From: Eledone cirrhosa
Lineage: Eukaryota
Direction: 5' to 3'
Length of the DNA stretch: 64,000 nucleotides
Assembly: GCA_964016885.1 (NCBI GenBank)
Contig: OZ024745.1
Location: forward strand, 1,426,001 to 1,490,000
Below the pieces are notes generated by a model. The model was not told the origin of the DNA. It made no database searches and saw nothing but the letters and a program-made list of their open reading frames with translations. Of this stretch, positions 1 to 14,530 are shown one piece after another; position 1 is the stretch's first letter; every line of letters begins with the position of its first letter. The position numbers and the translations under genes were made by a program.

Positions 1-339
1 ATTATACAAAATTATACAAATTATCAAGATTAAATATACATACCAAACACATATATACGCCGTCTTCAGAAATAATGAAGTATATTTATTGATAATAACA
101 ACAATTCAAAATTTCAGTTCAAAATTGACCAATGAAAACACAAAGGGTTAAATGCAGTTCGGTGTGTGTATATATACATGTAAAACCCTTACACATATTT
201 TACAAAAATGTATGTATAATTTGTATACGCATACTAAAAGGATGGATGCAAATACAAAATTTCAAGGTTAATGTCTCTGTAAGTTTACAATGCGCAGATA
301 AGATGCGTATTGACACTTATGGAGTCAAGTATATAAATA

Positions 340-782
340 TATTTTTTCATACTCACACATATCCGTACAATCACACATACACGCGCGTATATGCATAAAT
401 ATACACATAACCACGAACATACAAACACACACACACACCCCCACTCACATTTATATATGTGGATATAAAATCATAAGCACATGGATATTAATTCACTCAC
501 ATAAAACACTGGCACACACATTTTTAGATCAAGATACAGAAATTAGGTGGGAGGGGGGGGGGAGGGGTCAGTATTCAACTGTCTGAGCAGACTGCCTAAT
601 ATAAATGTATCTATAAACTAAGAAAAAATAAAAAAATAAATAAATAAATAAATAAATAAATAAAATATAATAAATAAAACATTAAAGAGGAAAGAATAGA
701 AAGAAAAACAGAAAAAAGAAAAAAGAAAAAAGAAAAAAGAAATATATCAAGAAAATAAATATATATATATATACACATATAT

Positions 783-829
<47 letters not shown>

Positions 830-1037
830 TATACATATATATAAAAACATACATATATATACACATAGACACACACATAACCATACATAAATATACACAC
901 ATATATAAACACATACATATATATACACACATCCACACTAAGAACATACATATACACACATATATAAACATATACATATACACACATACATACAAATACA
1001 CATATACATACAAATACACATACATATATATATATAC

Positions 1038-1070
<33 letters not shown>

Positions 1071-1400
1071 CAAATACATATATATGTACATACACGTACA
1101 TATACACACACATATACATATAATTACACATACTATATAGACACAGATATATATAACCACACACATACATGCACATATACAACACTTACATACTAATATA
1201 CATACAGATATACACATACATAGTTATATATACACACAAATATATACAGACTTACATATATACACATACAGACAAATACTTACGCATCTATATATCGGTA
1301 TATACATACAAACACCACTACACTATCACACAACTTAGAAATACAAAGAGAAAGGTATATACCTATACACACATACATATACAAATAGAAAAACATATAG

Positions 1401-1431
<31 letters not shown>

Positions 1432-1465
1432 CACACACACATACATATACATATATATATATAAC

Positions 1466-1508
<43 letters not shown>

Positions 1509-1767
1509 CACACATACAAATACACATACACACACATACAGATATATACACATACATACATGTACACACACATAGAAATATTTACACATACACACATACA
1601 CACATACATATAAAATCATACACATACATACACCTACACGAACATACACATACACATATATAAAGATATATATATATACACACACACACACGCAACACAT
1701 ACACACATACACATATATATAAAAAATAAATAATAAAGATATATACATATATATATATACACACATA

Positions 1768-1801
<34 letters not shown>

Positions 1802-2200
1802 CATACACATACACCTAAATATACATACACATACATACACACATACATAGACATACATGTACATACATATACGTACATCGATATTCATATATATATATAT
1901 ATATATACACACATAGACATATACATACATACACACACAACTTACATACACACATATATATACATGTATATTCATACATAGAATTAGATATATAATCATA
2001 CATACATATGCACTTACTTATACTCATATATAGAAATACATACGCATCCATATATGCGTATATACATAAAAAACCACTACAACCTCACCTAACTCAGACA
2101 TACAAATAAAAATAATAATAAAAAAATAATAAAAAGGCATATGTATATACATACACACACGCATTAATATAGATATATACATATACACATATACATACAC

Positions 2201-2233
<33 letters not shown>

Positions 2234-2515
2234 TATATATATATATACACACATACATTCATACATATATATATATATATATACACATAGATACCCATAC
2301 ACTCATACCACCATAAATACACATACAAACACCCACATATATATATATAAACACACGTATATATATATATATATATATACACACACATAAAAAACAGACA
2401 TGCACATATATATATATTTTTTTACACTTATATATACACATATTATATACACATACACAACCTCACTTATACACACTTACACATAAGTTATATTACAATA
2501 ATAAAAAATAATATA

Positions 2516-2551
<36 letters not shown>

Positions 2552-2641
2552 CACACATACATATATACATATACATACATATAAACATACACATACATAA
2601 ATACACGCATACGAATATAGACATATACTCACACATAGACA

Positions 2642-2681
<40 letters not shown>

Positions 2682-3180
2682 TACATATACACAGACACAT
2701 ATACACACTCACATATATATATATATGTGTGTGTGCACACACACATATATACACACATACACATATATACACATAAACACATATATGTGCATACATGCAC
2801 ACACACACACATATATCACATAGATACGAAGATAGACATATAAATAGAGAGACATACATATATATACAACACACATACACACACATACATACACACGCAT
2901 ATACATATACATATATATATACATATATATATTCCTATATATACATGCATACATATATATACACATATATACACATACATACACATATACGTACATACAT
3001 TCACATACTCATACATATATACATGCATATATACACATATATACATACATACACACACTCATATATACACACACAATCTTACATTCATATTTGCATGCGC
3101 ATATATGTATTTTTATATTTAGATATAAATACCCAAACCTATATAGACACCTACCTACATATATATATTCATACATAGAC
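340..3180. repeat. Degenerate (TA)n/(CA)n/(TACA)n microsatellite field
   Basis: Continuous alternating purine-pyrimidine low-complexity sequence; the ORFs here are Y/I/C/V/H/T artefacts. Confidence 0.95.
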
Positions 3181-4359
3181 GCTTACAAATACAGATGATA
3201 ATAGTATGGGGGAAAGGGGGGGTTTGGAGAAGGGGATCAAAGTAAATATATGTTTCAAGAAACATAGAATATTTTCCGTATCTTTATCCAATGTATGTTC
3301 TTACATATTTTCAGTGTTAGGGAATACAACAAACAAGAAAAAAGGCAAAATCTATGCATCTCAAAATAAACAAGTATACCATTAATCATATGTTAACTAA
3401 ACCAAAGATAGTCAATATATTGATTTCTAAGGTGTAAATTAGTTAGGTTTATAATATTTGAAGCAGAATTTTGAAGTTAAACAGTAGTAGAGTATTAATT
3501 ACAGTATAACTAAATTAAAGTTAATAACGTTATGGTATCAATATTAGGAAATGAATTTAGTAATAGGGAAAAAAACACAAATAAAAATAAAATAAAGTAT
3601 TACATCGGTAGTAGAATATAAATTATAGGTTAACTAAATTAAAAATTATATATATATATTTCAATAGTATATGTTAATTAGGTATACAATACATAAAGCA
3701 GATATTGTATTTCATCAATAGCATAATATAATTATATGCAAATAGAAACCAAATTAATACGCATACATATACACATACATACACATACACATATACATAT
3801 ATACACACATATATATATATATATACATATATACACATATACATACACACACACATACACATACACATATACATATACATATCTTTTTCAAAAAATTGCA
3901 TAGAATATATTAACTAGGTATATATCCAAAACACATCCCATTCTATGATTACATGACATTCTGCAATTCGTCTGTATAAGGATACTAATTTTAAGCAAAT
4001 TAAAATTAAAATTTTTAGGTTGATTAAAACTAAAACCAAATTATAAATATATTTCTAAAATGTATATTAATTAGGTCTATAATACTAAAAATTATTTCTC
4101 TGTCATTGGATACACGATATTATTTTGTTATATTTTATCTGTAAAAGAATTATAATAAAAGGAATTATAATAAAAGGTTTAAATAAATTAAAATTAATCT
4201 ATAAATTAAATTACTAAGTATATATTAGTAATATTTAAAGGTTTTTCACAATTTATGATTACATAATATTTTATATTCTCATCTGTAATAAAATTTTAAT
4301 TAAATTAAATTTATAGGTTAACTAACATTTAAATTAAATTAATTTCTAAAATAATGTTA

Positions 4360-5939
4360 TTAATTAGGTTTATAATATTTAAATGTTTTTTTTAGTTTAT
4401 GATTACACGATATAATTAATTCCTGTCGTTTATTTAATAAGATATCCTTAGACTTCATTATTTCAAATAGTTCTTGGGAACATAATCTACATTCATTTCT
4501 ATTATTTTGATAAGGGGTGGCTCTTTTGAGCACACTCCAGGTCAAATCATATTTTATATTCTTATTTTTATAACTATTGATTTTTTCTGCTAGAGATGTT
4601 GTATTAGCCAGTGCGGCATTTTTAAAACTATGCTTGTGGGTATTAAACCTTGTCTTAAAATTGTTAGATGTAGCTCCTATATATGAGCAAATAGAATCTT
4701 TAGTTTTAACATTACATTTATAGACTATGTTGTTAACAAGACAATTCCCTTTTAATGGGCAGTTTGCTTTGTTTCTACAGTTACATCCTTTCGTTAATTC
4801 TGTATTTGAGGAGATATTATGGTTAATTTGATGTACTGGTGGTATACTTATGGTTTTCTTACATTTATATGCATTATATGCACTTATATTTTGTTTTATG
4901 TTATTTGTTGTAGAGTATGAGAATTTAACTGTAGACCTATTTAAGATTTGATGGTATTTGTGGTTTGGCGGGAAGTTTTTCTCAAGGATATAAAAAAATT
5001 TTTTAGCAATATTATCCTTAACTTGTAAATTAAAAGGAGCATTATACCAAGTAACCCGTCTATTACGGTTTCTATGTTGTTTATTATTTTTATTATTTTT
5101 ATAGGTTGTATCGTGATTTTTACTAGGAGGATTAATGTTAATGATCTCACCACAACTATTTTTAGTTATATTTGTAGATTTAGGTGTTTTATCCTTTTTA
5201 TTAGGAGTTTTATTATTAATATTTATTATAGTTGTATGATGAGTAGTTTTTTGAGAGTTACTATACTTTATATTAGAAGATTTGGTATTTTGGGGTATAG
5301 TGTGGGTGGCATTTAGGTGTGTACTTTTCATTTGGTGTTTGTTGGTAATATTATGTTGTATGCTTTCAGTATTTTTAGTAGAAGGTATATACTCTAATCT
5401 ATTTTTGTGGCCACTTCTATCTAGAGCTTCGTTATAGAAGGTCGCATTTTTATCAAATACATCTTGGTTAGAAGAAAGGTTAGAAATTCTAAGTGATATA
5501 TTATATGCAAGGTTTTTAAGGATAGATTTAGGGTGATTAGATTGTGAGTGTATGTAATGTAAGTTTTGGTTAGGTTTATGGTAAGGTTGGTAGATACCCG
5601 TAGCTAAATCTAAAGTTATATCTAGGAAATTTACTACTTTACTTGTTTTTTCAAAAGTAATATTAAGATTATAATAGTCTTTAAGGAAAGTTCTAATATG
5701 TTTTTTGTTTTTTTCAATTTCTGAAAGGCTAAGGTTGTTAGAAAGAAGAAGACAGTCATCACGATATAAACCACCTTTGAGGTGGGGAAAAGAGGCATTT
5801 ATGTTGAAAAGGAGAAAGAGGCCCACAAGATCAGTAATTTGGGCGGAATCGCTTGAACCCATAGTAATATCAAAAAGATTACTGTATGTGTTTCTGGTCC
5901 AGTATTCATTCTGAAATTCAATAAGTGTTAGTCTAGCAT

Positions 5940-5940
<1 letters not shown>
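4360..5940 (-). pseudogene. 5'-truncated Penelope-like element ORF (RT C-terminal half + GIY-YIG endonuclease), Naiad-like
   Basis: Open frame with FDITMGSSDSAQITDLVG, GGLYRDDCLL, VNFLDITLDL, CNCR..CPLKGNCL, NIVY..YIGAT..FKTRFNTH, CRLC..E, LLNKRQE..CNH. The 5' end is lost at the (TA)n tract at ~5940; homologous to but diverged from 36115-38565. Confidence 0.9.
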
Positions 5941-5970
<30 letters not shown>

Positions 5971-6103
5971 GGAAAAAATGAAACGAAATTTCATTTCCCA
6001 CTCTTAGTACGGCCGTTACTTAAATATAAGTATGTACACGTACATACATATATGTATTTCCGTTTATCGTTTTCGGTGCACCCGGCCGATTAACCCACTC
6101 AAT

Positions 6104-6111
6104 ATGCAAAT
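6104..6111 (+). promoter_or_regulatory. Octamer motif ATGCAAAT upstream of hammerhead
   Basis: Exact octamer at an equivalent position in related elements (22479, 41413, 41881, 42349 on the minus strand); function inferred. Confidence 0.4.
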
Positions 6112-6178
6112 TGGGCTACTCAGCCGTTAATATGCATAAGGTAAGTATATAGGTTCAATAATCTGACAGGAAGGTATA

Positions 6179-6219
6179 CGTTGCTGACGATAGCTAATAA
6201 GCTTGAAACTAGTACAGCG
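6179..6219 (+). ncRNA. Minimal type I hammerhead ribozyme
   Basis: CGTTG-CTGACGA-tAGCT(aata)AGCTt-GAAAC-TA-GTA^CAGCG; palindromic stem III ACTAGT. Confidence 0.85.
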
Positions 6220-7512
6220 TTCCTTTGTCTGTTGAACAAACGAGCAACGATGGTTGCTGGACACTACGGCGTAATACGGGATGTTTGTTTACAAACACAC
6301 CGAGCATTATAATAAATGTTCGGTGAATCCATACGTACATATATATATGTGTGCATGTATGTATATATATATACATACTACTGTACGTCTGTATACATAT
6401 ATGTATGTACGTGTACATACTTATATATATATATATATACTATATATTTTATTAAGGCTAAACAGTGAGTGTTGTTACTGTGGAGTTTCGCCTACATATG
6501 ACAGTGTCATCAGAGAAGAATTAACATTTAATAGCAGAGACAGTACAAATAAGAGAGGGAGAGAGAGGGGGTAGTGGGAGGGGTGGGGAGTGTAGACAGA
6601 TCTATAGATAGATAGTGTAGATAGAGTGAGAGAGAGAGAGAGAGAGAGGGGGTAGTGGGAGGGGTGGGGAGTGTAGACAGATCTATAGATAGATAGTGTA
6701 GATAGAGTGAGAGAGATAGAGAGAGAGAGAGGGGGTAGTGGGAGGGGTGGGGAGTGTAGACAGATCTATAGATAGATAGTGTAGATAGAGTGAGAGAGAG
6801 AGAAGTGTAGATGTGTTTCTCCCTCTATTTCACTCACTTCCCCTCCCACTTTCTCTATACCATCTTTCTATCTGTCACATTCTCTCTTATATTTTATATC
6901 TTCTTTGTCTTTCCTCCCTCCCCCTCCTCCTCTTTGTTTATTCCCTCCTTTCACTTATTTTATACTCCCCCTCCTACTTCTGGAATCTGACCTTCACATC
7001 CTCTCACTGTTTCTCCTATTACCACACAGTCATTTCTCCCCCTCTCTCATTAATACTACCCCCATCTTTAACTCTCCTCCTCTCTCATTACTATTACCTA
7101 CCTCTCTCTAACTCACCCCTCTCTCATTTCTATTACCTACCTCTTTTTAACTCTTCCCCTCTCTCATTACTATTACCTACTTCTCTTTAACTCTCCCTCT
7201 CAACTGTATTACCTACCTCTCTTTAATTCTCCCCCTCTCTCAATAATATTATCTACTTCTCTCTAACTCTCCCCCTCTCTCAATAATATTACCTACCTCT
7301 CTCACATCTCGCCCCTCTCAATACTATTACCTACCTCCTCTCCCCCTCTCGCATTACTATTACCTACCTCTCTCTCCCCTCTCTCATTTATTACCTACCT
7401 CCTCTCCCCCTCTCTATATAAGTTGCTCTCTTCATGCCGCTCTAACATCAATGGAACCTGCTTTGTATTTTTTGTCTTTTCTGTTTTACCTTCCAGCTTG
7501 TGATTCGCCATA

Positions 7513-9790
7513 TTGGATGGTTGTGACAGTGGTATTGGTGGTGGTGGTGGTGGTGGTGGTGGTGGTGATGGTATTGGTGGTGGTGGTGGTGGTGGTGGTG
7601 GTGAGGGTAGTGGTGGTGGTGGTAGTGGTGCTAGTGGTGTTGGTGGTGGTGGTGGTAGTGGTGGTAGTGGTGTTGGTGGTGGTGGTGGTGAGGGTAGTGG
7701 TGGTGGTGGTAGTGGTGGTAGTGGTGGTGGTGGTGGTGGTGATGGTATTGGTGGTGGTGAGGGTGGTAATGGTGGTAGTGGTATTGGTGGTGGTGGTGGT
7801 GGTGAGGGTGGTGATGGTGGTGGTGGTGAGGGTGGTGGTGGTGAGGGTGGTGATGGTAGTGGTGGTGGTAGTGGTGGTAGTGGTGGTAGTGGTGTTGGTG
7901 TTGGTGGTGGTGGTGGTAGTGGGGGTAGTGGTGGTAGTGGTGGTGGTGGTGGTGAGGGTGGTATTGGTGGTGGTGGTGGTGAGGGTGGTATTGGTGGTAG
8001 TGGTGGTGGTGGTGAGGGTGGTGATGGTAGTGGTGGTAGTGGTGGTGGTGGTGGTGATGGTAGTGGTGGTAGTGGTGGTGGTAGTGGTATTGGTGGTGGT
8101 GGTGGTGAGGGTGGTGATGGTAGTGGTGGTAGTGGTGGTGGTGGTGAGGGTGGTGATGGTAGTGGTGGTGGTGGTGGTGGTGGTGAGGGTGGTGATGGTA
8201 GTGGTGGTAGTGGTGGTGGTGGTGGTGATGGTGAGGGTGGTGATGGTAGTGGTGGTAGTGGTGGTGGTGGTGGTAGTGGTGAGGGTGGTGATGGTAGTGG
8301 TGGTAGTGGTGGTGGTGGTGGTGATGGTAGTGGTGGTAGTGGTGGTGGTAGTGGTATTGGTGGTGGTGGTGGTGAGGGTGGTGATGGTAGTGGTGGTAGT
8401 GGTGGTGGTGGTGAGGGTGGTGATGGTAGTGGTGGTGGTGGTGGTGGTGGTGAGGGTGGTGATGGTAGTGGTGGTAGTGGTGGTGGTGTTGGTGGTGGTG
8501 AGGGTGGTGATGGTAGTGGTGGTAGTGGTGGTGGTGGTGGTGATGGTAGTGGTGGTAGTGGTGGTGGTAGTGGTATTGGTGGTGGTGGTGGTGAGGGTGG
8601 TGATGGTAGTGGTGGTAGTGGTGGTGGTGGTGAGGGTGGTGATGGTAGTGGTGGTGGTGGTGGTGGTGGTGAGGGTGGTGATGGTAGTGGTGGTAGTGGT
8701 GGTGGTAGTGGTGGTGGTGGTGGTGAGGGTGATGATGGTAGTGGTGGTAGTGGTGGTGGTGTTGTTGGTGGTGGTAGTGGTGGTAGTGGTGTTGGTGGTG
8801 ATGGTGGTGGTGAGGGTGGTGGTGGTAGTGGTGGTAGTGGTGGTGGTGTTGGTGGTGGTGGTGGTGGTGAGGGTGGTGGTGGTAGTGGTGGTAGTGGTGG
8901 TGTTGGTGGTGGTGGTTGTGGTGGTAGTGGTAGTGGTGGTAGTGGTAGTGGTAGTGGTGGTATTGGTTGTGGTGGTGGTAGTGGTGGTAGTGCTAGTGGT
9001 GGTGGTGGTGGTAGTGGTGGTGGTGGTATTGGTTGTGGTAGTGGTAGTATTGGTGGTGGTGGTGGTGGTGGTGGTGGTGGTGGTAGTAGTGGTGGTTATA
9101 GTAGTGGTGGTGGTGGTATTGGTGGTGGTGGTGGTGGTGGTATTGGTGGTAGTGGTGGTGGTGGCGGTGGTGGTAGTGGTGGTAGTGGTGGTGGTGGTAG
9201 TGGTGGTAGTGGTGGTAGTGGTACTGGTGGTGGTGGTTGTATTGGTTGTGGTGGTTATAGTAGTGGTGGTGGTGGTGGTAATGGTTGTGGTGGTGGCGGT
9301 GGTGGTATTGGTTGTGGTGGTGGTAGTAGTAGTGGTGGTAGTGGTAGTGGTGGTGGTGGTAGTGGTGGTGGTGGTTGTATTGGTTGTGGTGGTGGTAGTG
9401 GTGGTAGTGGTGGTGGTGGTGGTAGTGGTGGTGGTGGTGGTAGTGGTAGTGGTGGTGGTGGTGGTAGTGGTGGAGGTGGTATTGGTTGTGGTGGTGGTGG
9501 TGGTGGTAGTGGTGGTGATGGTAGTGGTGGTGGTAGTAGTGGTGGTGGTGGTGTTAGTGGTGGTGGTGGTAGTGGTTGTGGTGGTGGTAGTGGTTGTAGT
9601 GGTGGTAGTGTTGTTTGTGATGGTGGTAGTGGTGGTGGTAGTGGCGGTGTTGGATGGTTGTGACAGTAGAATTGGTGGTGGTGGTGTTAGTGGTTATAGT
9701 GGTGGTGTTAGTGGTGGTTAGAATGGTGGTTATAGTAGTGGTGGTGGTGGTATTGGTGGTGGTGGTGGTGGTGGTGTTAGTGATGGTGGA
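7513..9790 (+). repeat. Degenerate (GGT)n trinucleotide array
   Basis: ~2.2 kb of GGT with AGT/GAG/GAT/ATT/TGT variants and internal block duplications. Confidence 0.95.
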
Positions 9791-10624
9791 CTACAGCTTG
9801 CCTTTTCATTTGTTGAGTTAGTTTGATGTCTGTCATCATTTATCTGAAAAGAAATGGTAATCAGGACAAGTTAGAAAAAGGTTGTCTGGGAATCAGTATC
9901 GCAGTGATGATGACGTCATATCTGATGGCGACCTCTTCACCAATGGGGTCCCAGCACTGCAACATCGCTGGAAGAAGTGTGTGGACCACAAGGAGGACTA
10001 TGTTGAAAAATAAACCTCGTTTAGTCACATTCCACGAGAGTATCTTGGTCAGCCTATGAACCTTTCAGTCGAGTATATAAGTCTCCCGAACAGCTTAATT
10101 ATAGCCATTGTTTATTTTGGGAACTATTAATATGGTGGGTTCAATTTTTGTCCGTTGCTGTGATTGAATTTTGTTAGAGCGTCCAGGATGTTGTCTAGAT
10201 GATAATAGAAACATTTGATAATCACCTCTTTCTCACCGAAATATCAAAGAAAATTCTATAATTCTCCTGAAAATCAGTTACTGGGTAATATGTTAGAGCG
10301 TTCTGTAGTCAATCAAATACATCGGAGAGGAGAAAGTATGCAATCTAATCAGCGTATAAGATTAAGATAAAAAGCACGAGGTTAAAGGTTATCCTAACAC
10401 AAAGTAGAAGATAGGAAATCAAGAGCAAATACACATTGGTTATTTGTTGATTGGTTATTCCAGGAAATAGTTTTACATATGGTTTATTAAAATAGGAAAA
10501 CTGTCGACGTTAAAAATGGCTGACAGACTCTAAAATATTTCCTCAGGTCGATAAATATAAAAGTTAGGACTGATTCGTTTGCGTGTTCCTCCTTTTGTTT
10601 GTTTCTGATATATTTACTATAACG

Positions 10625-11020
10625 GACAGCGAAGTGGCAGAGTCGTTAGAATCTCGCATGTTTTCTGGTATCCGGCTCTCTCCTCTCTCAGTTCAAATCC
10701 TGCCGAGGTCAACTCTGCCGAGGTCAACTCTGCCGAGGTCAACTCTGCCGAGGTCAACTCTGCCGAGGTCAACTCTGCCGAGGTCAACTCTGCCGAGGTC
10801 AACTCTGCCTTTCATCCATTCGAGGATAAAAAGTCCCACCTAATACTGGGGTAGATTCTTCCCACCTAATACTGGGGTAGATTCTTCCCACCTAATACTG
10901 GGGTAGATTCTTCCCATCTAATACTGGGGTAGATTCTTCCCACCTAATACTGGGGTAGATTCTTCCCACCTAATACTGGGGTAGATTCTTCCCACCTAAT
11001 ACTGGGGTAGATTCTTCCCC
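10625..11020 (+). mobile_element. Decayed tRNA-derived SINE with internally amplified 15-bp and 26-bp minisatellites
   Basis: A-box-like TGGCAGAGTCGTTAGA, B-box GTTCAAATCC, ~7x TGCCGAGGTCAACTC, then CTTTCATCC..GATAAAA, then ~7x CCCACCTAATACTGGGGTAGATTCTT. Confidence 0.75.
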
Positions 11021-11370
11021 TATATCTCTCACTTCCAGATCTGAACACAAGCGATTTCTCCCAGAGAGAGAGAAGTGTAGATAGATAGAGAGAGAAACAG
11101 AAAGACAGAGAGTGTAGATAGAGAGAGAGAGAAACAGAAAGACAGAGAGTGTAGATAGAGAGAGAGAGAAACAGAAAGACAGAGAGTGTAGATAGAGAGA
11201 GAGAGAGAAGTGTAGATGTGTTTCTCCCTCTATTTCACTCACTTCCCCTCCCCCTTCCTATATACTATTTTTCTATTTGTCACATTCTCTCCTATATTTT
11301 ATTATATCTTCTTTGTCTTTCCTCCACCTCCTCTTCTTTTATTCCTATAAATAGCAGAGATAGTACAAAT

Positions 11371-11526
<156 letters not shown>

Positions 11527-12643
11527 ATAGAACCCAGCACAGGACTAATACTTCTTTTATCGACATGGGAAGGACGTTGGTTGTATTTGAACTGACAGAG
11601 AGCAGATAGCCGGAACAAATACGACAAAATCTGACAATCTAACGACTCTGTTAATTTACCCTATACAATATATATTACCTATGACACAATGAAAACATTT
11701 GGCTCTTCATTCAGTCGAGATTTAGATTTGGTTTCCTTTTATGTTCGCCCATTCCATGTATCAAATACAATATGACGTAAGAACAGAGAAAAAAAGGAAC
11801 ATTTATTTTGTAAAACATTTTCTATGATATAAGAATGCAAGAGAGCAAAACTAGAAATAGTGAGAGAAAGCAATGGAACAGAGACCATCCTAATCAATTG
11901 TTGGGGTAGCTACAATACTTGCTTCATTCAATAAGTAGATACGATGATAAATTAAACGAATAATTAAATAATGAAATAATTAAATATGGTAGCACCTTTG
12001 ATGTTTCCCAGTAAAATGAATTAGTTTCATTGATTTTGTTATTCCCAATTTATCTCGGGCACAACATCAGGGTGTGTGGAGTTTTTATCAACATTTTCTG
12101 GTCTTTAATTGTTTTCTGCCTTTTTGGGGGGTGGGGGGAGCAATTTTTTTTTTTTTTAGAATAAAACTGCAGTTCTTCCTCTTTATTTGGTAATTAAAAA
12201 AAAAAGGAAGATGCTTCGAATATGAAATCATTACAAGTCCAGAGTAGATAGCCACCCACGTGGCTGTTGATAACAAGTAGGGATTATGGAGCTATATTGA
12301 ACAAGACTAATCAATAAAACGCTAATGTCCTGTGGTAAATATAAATATATAAATATGTATAATATATAAATATATAAATATATAAATATGTATAATATAT
12401 AAATATATAAATATATAAATATGTATAAATATATAAATATATAAATATATAAATATATAAATATGTATAAATATATAAATATATAAATATATAAATATAT
12501 AAATATGTATAAATATATAAATATATAAATATATAAATATATAAATATGTATAAATATATAAATATATAAATATATAAATATGTATAAATATAAATAAAA
12601 CGCAGGAAAAACCTTATCAGTGTAATATTATGAATAGATTACA

Positions 12644-12795
12644 ATGGCAGTGGATTAGCTGCAGAATCGTAAATTGTTGGATAACTTGCTTTGTGGCATG
12701 GAGTTACGGCCCTTTATGTTCTAAGTTCAAATCTAGTCTAGGTTAATTTTGCATTTTATCCAAAATTGTTGGTCTTGTGCTTAAATCAAAAACCG
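12644..12795 (+). mobile_element. Decayed tRNA-derived SINE
   Basis: GAGTTACGGCCCTTTA..AGTTCAAATCT..AGGTTAATTTTGCATTTTATCC matches the copies at 25990 and 30283. Confidence 0.65.
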
Positions 12796-12919
12796 TTATA
12801 AATAGACTAGAAATGTGATTGTTGGTTGGAAATATTGCGACTGGTAAGAGTCGCCGCCATACATTGGGCTGCTTTCAAAATAATTTAAAATGTTTTAGTC
12901 ACAGACAATTATATTGGTT

Positions 12920-14245
12920 TAACAGCAGTATATGTTGTTATACATTTCAACAGTAGTATATACAGCAGTATATGTTGTTATACATTTCAACAGTAGTATA
13001 TACAGCAGTATATGTTGTTATACATTTCAACAGTAGTATATACAGCAGTATATGTTGTTATACATTTCAACAGTAGTATATACAGCAGTATATGTTGTTA
13101 TACATATCAACAGTAGTATATACAGCAGTATATGTTGTTATACATATCAACAGTAGTATATACAGCAGTATATGTTGTTATACATTTCAACAGTAGTATA
13201 TACAGCAGTATATGTTGTTATACATATCAACAGTAGTATATACAGCAGTATATGTTGTTATACATTTCAACAGTAGTATATACAGCAGTATATGTTGTTA
13301 TACATATCAACAGTAGTATATACAGAAGTATATGTTGTTATACATTTCAACAGTAGTATATACAGCAGTATATGTTGTTATACATATCAACAGTAGTATA
13401 TACAGCAGTATATGTTGTTATACATTTCAACAGTAGTATATACAGCAGTATATGTTGTTATACATTTCAACAGTAGTATATACAGCAGTATATGTTGTTA
13501 TACATTTCAACAGTAGTATATACAGCAGTATATGTTGTTATACATATCAACAGTAGTATATACAGCAGTATATACTGTTATACATTTCAACAGTAGTATA
13601 TACAGCAGTATATGTTGTTATACATATCAACAGTAGTATATACAGCAGTATATACTGTTATACATTTCAACAGTAGTATATACAGCAGTATATACTGTTA
13701 TACACATTTCAACAGTAGTATATACAGCAGTATATGTTGTTATACATTTCAACAGTAGTATATACAGCAGTATATACTGTTATACATTTCAACAGTAGTA
13801 AATACAGGAGTATATGTTGTTATACATTTCAACAGTAGTAAATACAGGAGTATATACTGTTATACACATTTCAACAGTAGTATATACAGCAGTATATGTT
13901 GTTATACACATTTCAACAGTAGTATATAGAGCAGTATATGTTGTTATACATATCAACAGTAGTATATACAGCAGTATATGCTGTTATACACATTTCAACA
14001 GTAGTATATACAGCAGTATATGTTGTTATACACATTTCAACAGTAGTATATACAGCAGTATATGTTGTTATACATATCAACAGTAGTAAATACAGGAGTA
14101 TATACTGTTATACACATTTCAACAGTAGTATATACAGCAGTATATACTGTTATATACATTTCAACAGTAGTATATACAGCAGTATATACTGTTATACACA
14201 TTTCAACAGTAGTATATACAGGAGTATATACTGTTATACACATTT
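12920..14245. repeat. 40-bp minisatellite (~32 copies)
   Basis: Unit AACAGTAGTATATACAGCAGTATATGTTGTTATACATTTC, with 42-bp variants at the right end. Confidence 0.95.
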
Positions 14246-14530
14246 CAAAAATAATATTCCAAAGAACAGACAGACTTTCTGCGTACGCTGTTTATTATGA
14301 CACAAAATACAGTTTGTTCTACCACAAAAAGATCCAACAAAATTACTGATAACCACAGAAAGAAACTATAAATAAGAGATAAAGAGTTAAAAAAGTTAAA
14401 CATCCCCTCGAAAAATGTTTTTGTGTGTCACATAATATTATCTATATATTAATACCCTTGTACCTACGTACCCTACGTCCGACTGTATCACATAATATTA
14501 TCTATATATTGTACCTACGTACTGTATACT

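Larger units (their letters stand above)
5967..6425 (+). mobile_element. Non-autonomous hammerhead-bearing retrozyme-like element (468-bp family) with a short inverted 5' segment
   Basis: Homologous to the monomers at 41053-42794 and to 40310-40775; contains ATGCAAAT and an HHR; flanked by (TA)n. Confidence 0.8.

Noticed and set aside
40-75. Minus-strand CTGAAGACGGCG possible hammerhead start
   Set aside because: No matching stem II 3' strand or GAAA follows.
6470-6520. Minus-strand CTGATGA...GAAACTCCACAGTA hammerhead-like motif
   Set aside because: Core words are present but stems I and II do not pair convincingly; at best a decayed or chimeric copy.
7451-9721. Gly-rich or Val-rich protein ORFs (716 and 756 aa)
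   Set aside because: Both frames are open simply because (GGT)n lacks stops. The Gly frame starts at TTG, almost every Gly codon is GGT, and there is no signal peptide or splice evidence.
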